From sequence record SRR22947727_488: a stretch of 64,000 bases of DNA; one strand, 5' to 3'. Position 1 is the first letter of the stretch, and each line of letters starts with the position of its first letter. The notes beneath the pieces were generated by a model. The model saw only the letters and a list, made by a program, of their open reading frames with translations. It was not told the DNA's origin and did not search any database. Below are positions 38,268 through 45,901 of the stretch, in pieces. Both the position numbers and the translations under genes were made by a program.

Positions 38268-38978
38268 TTAATTCTTTTTTATTGGACAGTGTCCACATGC
38301 TGAATCTGCAAAGTCAATTAAGTCATTCATTATATTTTCTATTTCAATTTGAATATTCTCAAGCTCTCTGTCAGTTGTTTTTTTTGAAATATTAACTGGA
38401 TTTGACCAAATAATTTTTCCTTTATTGAAGGGTAATGGGAATACAAAACGATCCCATGTTTTAAAAATCTTCCTTTTCTGAATTGAAAATATTACTGGAT
38501 ATATAGGCACATTAGCGATGCGTGCAATACGTAAAGCTCCATTTTTCATATACTGCCTTGGTCCACTAGGCCCGTCAGGTGTTATAATTATACAACCTTT
38601 ATTATTTAAAGCTTTGATGATTTCATGGGATGCTGATTTGCCTCCTTTTGAATTATTCCCTTTATTATTTTTTATGGAGCCACGTATTGTTTTTACCCCC
38701 AGAAATCGACAAGCATTGGTTATAATAGCTCCATCACGAGATTTTGATATCAACACATAAGGCTTTAGCCTATTATCATTCCATATAGCATTCAACATCA
38801 ACAGACGAGAGTGCCATGTTATCAAGATGAATGCCTGATCATTCTTAATAATTTCATTCAATAAGGTTTCGTTTTCTATCGACCACTTAGTAGTATGTTT
38901 AACAAGTAGCATATATAGAGCAATTAGTAAGCCAGAGATTATCTGAATTAATTTAAACTCCATGAAGCGTTTGAACAC
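38268..38978 (-). CDS. DUF374 / LpxJ-like lipid A acyltransferase
   Basis: WHSR, ISKSRDG, IRGS, TPDGP.GP, WDRF..P.PF. Confidence 0.85.
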   Translation of the reverse strand: MFKRFMEFKLIQIISGLLIALYMLLVKHTTKWSIENETLLNEIIKNDQAFILITWHSRLLMLNAIWNDNRLKPYVLISKSRDGAIITNACRFLGVKTIRGSIKNNKGNNSKGGKSASHEIIKALNNKGCIIITPDGPSGPRQYMKNGALRIARIANVPIYPVIFSIQKRKIFKTWDRFVFPLPFNKGKIIWSNPVNISKKTTDRELENIQIEIENIMNDLIDFADSACGHCPIKKN

Positions 38979-39026
38979 TTTGTTACTCCCTGCTATACAC
39001 CACGTAAAAATAAAGGCTTATAGTAA

Positions 39027-39686
39027 ATGTCTCTTAATCTCAATATAAAGGCTGATAGAAAAAGGGCTTATAGGGACCTAATTTTTTATGATCATGGTTT
39101 TCTACGATATAAATTTTCCAATCATCATGAGATAGGTAAGAAAATGTATCGTGAAAACCAACCATCACCTAAGCAAATAAAAAAGTGGAAAAAATTAGGA
39201 ATTAAAACTAATATTAATTTAAGGGGAAAAAGTGATAAGGGTTACTATCTTTTAGAAAAAGAAGCATGTGACCAGAACTCAATAAATATGATAGACTTTC
39301 ATGTGTACAGTCGGGATGTTCACTCCATAGAAACAATATTGAATGCTCAAAAGTTATTCAGTAAAATTGAGTACCCTGCGATTATGCATTGTAAGTCAGG
39401 AGCAGATAGGACAGGATTCATGGGAGTTCTTTACAAACACTTTTATATGAATGAACCGATTGAAGTTGCACTAAGTCAGTTAAGTCTGAAATATTTACAT
39501 ATCAAACAAGGAAAGACAGGTATACTCGACTTCTTTTTCTTAGATTATTTATTATATTCAAGCCAAAGAAAAATAAGCTTTTTAGATTGGGTTATAAATG
39601 TCTATGATCCAGTTGAACTTAAGGTCAAGTTTATGAAACAATGGTCTGGAAATCCTATAACAGAACTGATTTTGAGAAGAGAGTAA
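39027..39686 (+). CDS. tyrosine/dual-specificity phosphatase family protein (CtpA-like)
   Basis: C(X)5R loop HCKSGADRTG, INLRG; embedded in the lipid A gene cluster. Confidence 0.85.
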   Translation: MSLNLNIKADRKRAYRDLIFYDHGFLRYKFSNHHEIGKKMYRENQPSPKQIKKWKKLGIKTNINLRGKSDKGYYLLEKEACDQNSINMIDFHVYSRDVHSIETILNAQKLFSKIEYPAIMHCKSGADRTGFMGVLYKHFYMNEPIEVALSQLSLKYLHIKQGKTGILDFFFLDYLLYSSQRKISFLDWVINVYDPVELKVKFMKQWSGNPITELILRRE

Positions 39687-39690
39687 TTTT

Positions 39691-41451
39691 TTAATTTTGC
39701 AGATTATAATAAACATTAGATTTATTTTTTATAAGCTCTTCATGGTTACCTTGTTGTATAATATTCCCATTATCTAATACATAGATTCTATCTGCATTTT
39801 TTACAGAATTAAGTCTGTGCGAAATTATTATAGTTGTTTTATTTATTTTAAAATTATTGAGCGATTCTTGTATAGTGCTTTCACTTATTGCATCTAATGC
39901 TGATGTGGCTTCATCCATTAATAAAATTGGTGCATCCCTTAAAAGTGCTCTAGCAATCGATAGTCTTTGTTTTTGTCCGCCGGAAAGACCATATCCATTT
40001 TCACCAAGTACAGTTTCGTAACCAAACGGCAATGCAGTAATAAATTCATGAGCATCTGCTTTCTTGGCTGCATGTACAATATCATCTACAGTAGCTTTGT
40101 TGTTTCCATAACTTAAATTATTAATTACAGTAGTATTAAATAATATTATTTCTTGGGACACTAATGCTATGTTATCACGCAAGTTTTTTATCTTAATATT
40201 CCTTATATCATGCCCATCTATACAAACAGAGCCCGATTTCACATCATAAAGTCTAGGTATTAAATTCATAATTGTAGACTTACCGCTTCCAGAATAGCCT
40301 ACTATGGCAACTGTTTCACCAGGCTGTGCATTTATGGACACTCCATTTAAGGCTAAGGTTCCATCAGGATAATTAAAATGAACATCATTTAAATGAATTT
40401 CTCCACAGAGCTTTCCAATTTCTTGGGAGTTAGCTGTATCTAGAATATTGGCTTCTTCATCAATTACATTAAATATTCTAGTTAGTGCGGAAAGTCCTTC
40501 TTGGGCTACATTGTTAAGTGTTCCAAGCGCTCTTAATTTAGGTGAAAGTATTAACAACCCAGTTAAAACAGCAGCGATTGAACCGGTGCTAGCCGATTCA
40601 TTTGATACTTGATAAACTCCAAAAATGACTACACCCGCTATAGCTAATCCTCCGAGTACTTCTAATATTGGGTCAACTCGAGCTTGTTCTGTAACTAATT
40701 TCATTTGAAGGCGTTCGCGGTCATCAAAATTTTTACTTAACCGTTTGTTTTCTAACATTTCCAAATTGTAAGTTTTTATAATTCTCATATTGTTAAAACT
40801 CTCCTTTAAATTTGAAGTTATTTTACCAACCTGTTCCTGAACATTTTTAGCATCTCCTCGCATACGTTTAGATATTAATAGTACAGGCCAGTATGCTATA
40901 ATAAAAACAGTCATTATCATCGATAATTGCCAGTTTTGATATAACATAGCTAAAATAGTTAGTATAATTGTCAACAAAGCAGCTATTAGGTTCGACATCG
41001 TACGTATTAAGGCATTAGATACCACTGTTATATCATTCGTAAATTTAGAGATTATATCTCCAGATTGTTTTTGTCTAAAGAAACCAAAATCACTTTTGTA
41101 AGTTGATTTTAGCATTTGTTTTTGCATTTTTGTAACTGCTTTTAATGCAATCGAATTGTTTAAAATTCTTTGCAAATAATTAGATAAACCCGAAGTTGCT
41201 GTAATAAAAATTAATAAAGGTAATACAGAAAAAGCGTAATTTTTAGCTTCTTTAATTGTATCATTATTTTTTGTTATATTATTTGCTTCGTCAATAACAA
41301 AGCTTACTATAAATGTATAGGCAGCTGTGGCTGCTGCCAATAATACCATAAATAAAAGAGCTAAAAAAAGCCTTTTCTTTTGAGGCCATATATAGTTGAT
41401 CCATAATCTAGCAATCAAATGATGGTCTTTATTTGAAGTAACTTTAGCCAA
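39691..41451 (-). CDS. msbA: lipid A flippase-type ABC transporter
   Basis: TMD-NBD fusion, GYSGSGKST, LSGGQKQR, MDEATSALD; lipid A context. Confidence 0.8.
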   Translation of the reverse strand: MAKVTSNKDHHLIARLWINYIWPQKKRLFLALLFMVLLAAATAAYTFIVSFVIDEANNITKNNDTIKEAKNYAFSVLPLLIFITATSGLSNYLQRILNNSIALKAVTKMQKQMLKSTYKSDFGFFRQKQSGDIISKFTNDITVVSNALIRTMSNLIAALLTIILTILAMLYQNWQLSMIMTVFIIAYWPVLLISKRMRGDAKNVQEQVGKITSNLKESFNNMRIIKTYNLEMLENKRLSKNFDDRERLQMKLVTEQARVDPILEVLGGLAIAGVVIFGVYQVSNESASTGSIAAVLTGLLILSPKLRALGTLNNVAQEGLSALTRIFNVIDEEANILDTANSQEIGKLCGEIHLNDVHFNYPDGTLALNGVSINAQPGETVAIVGYSGSGKSTIMNLIPRLYDVKSGSVCIDGHDIRNIKIKNLRDNIALVSQEIILFNTTVINNLSYGNNKATVDDIVHAAKKADAHEFITALPFGYETVLGENGYGLSGGQKQRLSIARALLRDAPILLMDEATSALDAISESTIQESLNNFKINKTTIIISHRLNSVKNADRIYVLDNGNIIQQGNHEELIKNKSNVYYNLQN

Positions 41452-42541
41452 TTATACCATCTTTTTTGGGATCAATTAATTCATGCGCATGTAATATAAA
41501 ATAACGCATATGGGCATTGTCAACGGTTTTATGGGCGGAAGCTTTCCAAGCAATATGTGCGGAATGAAAGTCTGGATAAGCGCCAACAAAATCAAGTTTA
41601 TTTAGATTTTTGAATTCTGATTTATTAGGGTCTAAAAGTTCACCACCTATAACAAGGTGAAGAAGTTGTATTTTTTTTCTATCCTCTGATTTAGTTGCCA
41701 TAAATCCAAATTCCTTTATTTTATCAGATGATGTATTAAATTTTTCAACTATTGGGTAAGTTAGGTCTAGTAACAAACCATGAAGATTTTTTCCAGCACA
41801 AATAATTCCTAAACCACTTGTACTACTATTGGCATATGTTGGTACCTTCCCATTAATATTTGAAATATAAGCTCCTGCCTCAGTTGCAATTAATTGGGCT
41901 GCAGCAATATCCCAATCAGATTTTGGAGTAAAAGCAACGGTTGCATCTGCCTTTCCGGATGCAACAAGTGCAATTCTATAAGCCATTGAGTTAACTGTGA
42001 AGCACTTCATTTGCGGCCATTTAAGCTTCTTGAATTTTCGGCTATAGCCTATCATTTTAATATCTTTAACAGATAGTTTATCGGTAGCTTTGATTATCAC
42101 ATTATTTAATTTTGATCCTCCGCCTAAAGTAGCTTCAAACATTTCATTCTTGATGGGATTGTATATTACTGCCACGACTGGGTAGCCATTCTCTATAACT
42201 GCAACAGAAACCACAAAATCTATCGTTCCATCTATAAATGCTTTGGTGCCGTCGATAGGGTCAACCACAAAGGATTTTTTGGCCTTTAGTCTAGAGTTAT
42301 CGTCCTTGGTTTCTTCTGATAGCCACCCATACATAGGGCGATTTTTTTTTAAATATTTAGAGAGGTAATTATTAACTGCTATATCAGCACTAGTAACCTC
42401 ATGACCTCCGCCTTTATCAAATATTTGAGGTTTATTTTTTAAAAAAGCATCTTTAGCGATTTGACCGGCTTTATAGACGACTCGTTTTATAAGTTCTAAG
42501 TCCTTAGAATAACTATCATTTATTTTTTTAGAGACCTGCAA
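41444..42541 (-). CDS. inositol monophosphatase/CysQ-family protein fused to a C-terminal DUF4170-like domain
   Basis: SEE, DPIDGT, WDIAA; tail LLHLVIGGEL...DFVGAYPD...AW...TVDNAHMRYFI. Confidence 0.82.
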   Translation of the reverse strand: MQVSKKINDSYSKDLELIKRVVYKAGQIAKDAFLKNKPQIFDKGGGHEVTSADIAVNNYLSKYLKKNRPMYGWLSEETKDDNSRLKAKKSFVVDPIDGTKAFIDGTIDFVVSVAVIENGYPVVAVIYNPIKNEMFEATLGGGSKLNNVIIKATDKLSVKDIKMIGYSRKFKKLKWPQMKCFTVNSMAYRIALVASGKADATVAFTPKSDWDIAAAQLIATEAGAYISNINGKVPTYANSSTSGLGIICAGKNLHGLLLDLTYPIVEKFNTSSDKIKEFGFMATKSEDRKKIQLLHLVIGGELLDPNKSEFKNLNKLDFVGAYPDFHSAHIAWKASAHKTVDNAHMRYFILHAHELIDPKKDGIIG

Positions 42542-43886
42542 CTGTTAGGCCTTGTGCTAATAGAGTAGGCGAAACAGTTGCGCTATTAAATTCTAGATCA
42601 TTTGCCGCTATTAAAGATTTATATATCTCTATTAAATTCCCTGCGATAGTAACTTCGCTTACGGGATAAGCTTTCTGTCCATTCTCAATTTTAAATCCAG
42701 AAACACCAACTGAGTAATCGCCAGTATTTCCGTTAAGCGATGGACCAAACATTTCAGATATAATTAACCCATCTGTGATCTGTTTAATTAATTCTTCAGG
42801 GGATGAGGAGCCATTTTCAATATATGCGTTTGTTGAGGAGACCCCAGGAGGAGAGCTTATGTTCCTACTGGCATGTCCTGTTGTTTCTCTATTTAACTGC
42901 CTTGCTGACGATGAGTTTAATAGCCATGTCTGAAGTATTCCATTTTTAATTAAATTTCGTTTAACAGGTATTATGCCTTCTCCATCATAAAGGCGAGAGC
43001 CGTGTCCTCTGATAATTTGAGGGTCATCAATGACTTGAATTTTATTATTAAATATTTGTTGATCTAATTTGTCTTTTAAAAATGAAACACCTCTTGCTAT
43101 CGATGGACCAGAAATTGCCCCTAATAGTGCCGAAAGCAGCGCGTTGGAGATTCTTTTATCAAAAATTACTGGCATTGCGCCTGATTTTATTTGTTTTGAA
43201 CCAAGCCTAGACACAGCCCTAGAACCTGCAAGTTTACCAACATCTTCAGTTGACCTTAAATCTTCTAACCATCGTGTAGAATGATAGTCGTAATCTCTTT
43301 CCATTGATCCATTAAGTTCAGCTATAGCTGATACAGAAACTGAGTGACGAGAAGACATCCATCCATATGAAAACCCCGCACTTGTTTGAAAGAAAATTTC
43401 TGAGTGTGCATGACTAGCATTTGCTCCTTCTGCTTGTTGTACGCCTTTTACCTTTAATGTTGACGACTCAACTTCTAGAGCTCTTTCTTTCAATATTATA
43501 GGAGTTATTGATGTGTCATCATAAAGTTGCAAATCTGGATTGTGAGTTATAAGTTTAGAAGTTTCTACTAGTCCACAATAAGGATCTTCTGGGGCTAATT
43601 TAGCCATAGCTACAGCCCTTTCCGCCAGTTTTTCTATAGATGCATCTGATGTATCAGATGTTGAAACGCAAGATTGGCGTTTTCCAACCATAACGCGTAG
43701 TCCTATATCGCAGCCTTCACTATTATCGATATCTTCAAGGTCGCCATTGCGAACTACTACTCCTAGAGAGCGACCATAAGTTCCTACTGCATCAGCAGAC
43801 GTTGCCCCATGGTGTTTTGCTTTTGAAAGCAGTTTCTGAACAATATTATCAATATTGGATTTATTTGGTGTGTGTTCAAAGTTCAT
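42528..43886 (-). CDS. pmbA: TldD/PmbA family protein (PmbA/TldE type)
   Basis: ERDY, GVSFL, DGEG, TTGHA, TGDYS, TIAGNL; no HExxH. Confidence 0.88.
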   Translation of the reverse strand: MNFEHTPNKSNIDNIVQKLLSKAKHHGATSADAVGTYGRSLGVVVRNGDLEDIDNSEGCDIGLRVMVGKRQSCVSTSDTSDASIEKLAERAVAMAKLAPEDPYCGLVETSKLITHNPDLQLYDDTSITPIILKERALEVESSTLKVKGVQQAEGANASHAHSEIFFQTSAGFSYGWMSSRHSVSVSAIAELNGSMERDYDYHSTRWLEDLRSTEDVGKLAGSRAVSRLGSKQIKSGAMPVIFDKRISNALLSALLGAISGPSIARGVSFLKDKLDQQIFNNKIQVIDDPQIIRGHGSRLYDGEGIIPVKRNLIKNGILQTWLLNSSSARQLNRETTGHASRNISSPPGVSSTNAYIENGSSSPEELIKQITDGLIISEMFGPSLNGNTGDYSVGVSGFKIENGQKAYPVSEVTIAGNLIEIYKSLIAANDLEFNSATVSPTLLAQGLTVAGL

Positions 43887-43991
43887 AAATAAATTTACTT
43901 TTTATTGATTAATATGAAAGTGTAATTAGATTATTGTTATTATAAATGATAGAGTTGAAATAAATGATTTTAAATATAAAGAAATTATATT

Positions 43992-44432
43992 TTAAAGGGA
44001 TTTAACATTTTCAGGAGCAGTTTGAAGAAACTTCATAACTACTGAAATTTCTTCTTCTGATAAACCTTTCATCATGCGGTCATTGAAATCACGAAAGTTG
44101 TTCATAATTTTTTCTCTTTCACTCCAGCCTTTTTCTGTAAGAACTACGGCTTTAGAGCGTTTGTCTGAAAAAAGAGGTATGCGTTCGAGTAAAAGTTTTG
44201 TTTCCATTCGCTCAACTAATCCAGTAATTGATGCATTATTTCTTCCAATTGCTTGTGCTAGTTCGGTAAGGCTACAACGGTCGTGATACCCGAGGTAGAT
44301 AAGTACAGCTGCTTGTGAAGTTCCTATTTTTGACGTTTTCTTCAAATAATTTTGAGCTTCTTTAGTAATTAAAGAGTGTGCCCTATCGAAGATAAAATAA
44401 AGTCTTCGATCTATAGGTCTAGCAATTGCCAT
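43992..44432 (-). CDS. MarR family transcriptional regulator
   Basis: ELA, ITGLVERME, DKR, LTEKG winged-helix pattern. Confidence 0.9.
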   Translation of the reverse strand: MAIARPIDRRLYFIFDRAHSLITKEAQNYLKKTSKIGTSQAAVLIYLGYHDRCSLTELAQAIGRNNASITGLVERMETKLLLERIPLFSDKRSKAVVLTEKGWSEREKIMNNFRDFNDRMMKGLSEEEISVVMKFLQTAPENVKSL

Positions 44433-44482
44433 AATGATTCCAGTTATTTTATAATCATAATATGCTTTAAAATATAAATTAC

Positions 44483-44517
44483 AAAAGAAAAAGCCGCCTC
44501 ACGGTATGAGGCGGCTT
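44483..44517 (-). terminator. Rho-independent terminator
   Basis: 11-bp perfect stem AAGCCGCCTCA/TGAGGCGGCTT, 5-nt loop, followed on the minus strand by TTTCTTTT. Confidence 0.88.
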
Positions 44518-44688
44518 AATTTTGAAGTTTGGGCTTTACTAAGTGCTATACTTAGCTTCAAGAAATAATCTCTACCCAGTTTCGCTTTTACGAAAGTGCT
44601 AATTTAATAGCTTAGGGCAAACCCCCCAAAATAGATAAACAAAATCGACCTCCTTTCACAAACGCGGCCTCGGTATGAGACGGCTCTT
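44483..44688 (-). ncRNA. candidate ~205-nt structured RNA (sRNA or marR leader), family not recognised
   Basis: Promoter-like TTGTAT-N16-TACATT, terminal repeats GCCGYCTCATACCG, two tandem hairpin modules, internal GAAAGGAGGT, strong terminator; visibly GC-richer than flanking intergenic DNA. Confidence 0.65.
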
Positions 44689-44694
44689 ATGTAA

Positions 44695-44722
44695 AATGTA
44701 ATTTTTTTTAATAAAAATACAA
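44695..44722 (-). promoter_or_regulatory. candidate sigma70 promoter for the RNA
   Basis: Minus strand TTGTAT (44722-44717), 16-nt spacer, TACATT (44700-44695). Confidence 0.45.
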
Positions 44723-44849
44723 GGCTAAATTTATCTTATCTTTACTATGTGCAGATACTATTTAAACTGAAATATTATCCATTACATAAAGTGACAGTGC
44801 ATTAGCTAACGTGCTGACATGTAATTCTCTAGGAAAACAAAGTCCGAAA

Positions 44850-45335
44850 TTATCGGGCAGAACGGCTAACACGCATGGGATCATCCAGAGCAATGATCAC
44901 GGGTTCAAGGTCAGCCGGACCTGGAGCTGTATAGCGCACTCCATCAAAGGGTTCCGGTCCGGGGCCCCCTGGGTTGAAGAAGGCGCTGTATCCACCTTCA
45001 AGTGCGGGAATTTCGACGAAGGTTACATTACGTGCCGCCGCTTCATCTCCGGTGAGAATGATATCGATATAGTTGTCGCGATCTTCGTTGTAACAGTCAT
45101 CGTAATAAATGCCAGCATCCGGATCACGGCGTTAGCCCAAATCTGCGAGGCCTAACACCCGGAAAGTACCGCCTTCGACCTGATAATCTTGGCCGACTTT
45201 TTTTAGAAGAACGGTTTCGCCATTGGCCCCTCGCAGATGGATATGGAAAAAACTTTCATAACTATCTGGGGTCAATGACCGCAATCCATCGGGGGAGAAA
45301 CCACCCGTTGTTAAAACCCGCAGCCGATAATCTGC
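44850..45335 (-). pseudogene. GC-rich 3' gene fragment of unknown family with one internal stop
   Basis: 162-codon frame ADYRLRVLTTGGFSPDG...VLGLADLG*RRDPDAGIYYDDCYNEDRDNYIDIIL...FFNPGGPGPEPFDGVRYTAPGP...DDPMRVSRSAR*; TAA at 45134-45132; no start; 37/60 G+C in 44941-45000. Confidence 0.8.
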
Positions 45336-45337
45336 AA

Positions 45338-45862
45338 CTATGAGGGAACAAATTTAAGAGCTACTCCATTGTTGCAATATCTAAGACCGGTTGGATTTGG
45401 ACCATCCTTGAATACGTGGCCTTGATGACCCTTGCAACAGCTGCAGTGATATTCAGTTCGGGTCATAAAAAGCTTCTTGTCAGTTTTAGTACCAATATTC
45501 TCATGAATGACATCATAGAAACTTGGCCAGCCAGTTCCAGATTCATACTTATGCTCAGATTTAAATAGCGGTTGATTGCATCCAGCACAATTATACTGAC
45601 CGCTCCTTTTTTCCCAGTTGAGTTCAGAAGTTCCTGGTCTTTCAGTACCCTCTCTCCGTAAAACTGCGTATTCTAGAGATGTTAATCTGCTCTTCCATTC
45701 AGATTCTGGTATATTTATACATTTTGTATCATCCATCTTTGCATTCCCATATAATTCTGTGGAGTTAGTCTTCTTGCACGACAATAATAAAACAGCAATT
45801 AACTGCATTGATATGCTTCGTCTTGATGCTGTATATTTAAATTTTTTTTTGATCATTTCCAT
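45338..45862 (-). CDS. msrB: peptide-methionine (R)-S-oxide reductase with export signal
   Basis: GTERP, CAGC, SGTGWPSF, CSCC.GH.GHVF.DGP.PTGLRYCNNG. Confidence 0.95.
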   Translation of the reverse strand: MEMIKKKFKYTASRRSISMQLIAVLLLSCKKTNSTELYGNAKMDDTKCINIPESEWKSRLTSLEYAVLRREGTERPGTSELNWEKRSGQYNCAGCNQPLFKSEHKYESGTGWPSFYDVIHENIGTKTDKKLFMTRTEYHCSCCKGHQGHVFKDGPNPTGLRYCNNGVALKFVPS

Positions 45863-45901
45863 GTTTATATTACGTTTTGTAGCAATAAAAAGTTCTATAA
45901 A

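Noticed and set aside
44522-44617. Hammerhead ribozyme or CRISPR interpretation of the repeated modules
   Set aside because: GAAAC is present once but the CUGANGA core is absent; only two degenerate copies, no regular spacers, no cas genes.
44811-45155. 114-aa plus-strand ORF in the track
   Set aside because: Antisense shadow of the GC-rich minus-strand pseudogene, whose translation is far more protein-like and extends beyond it.
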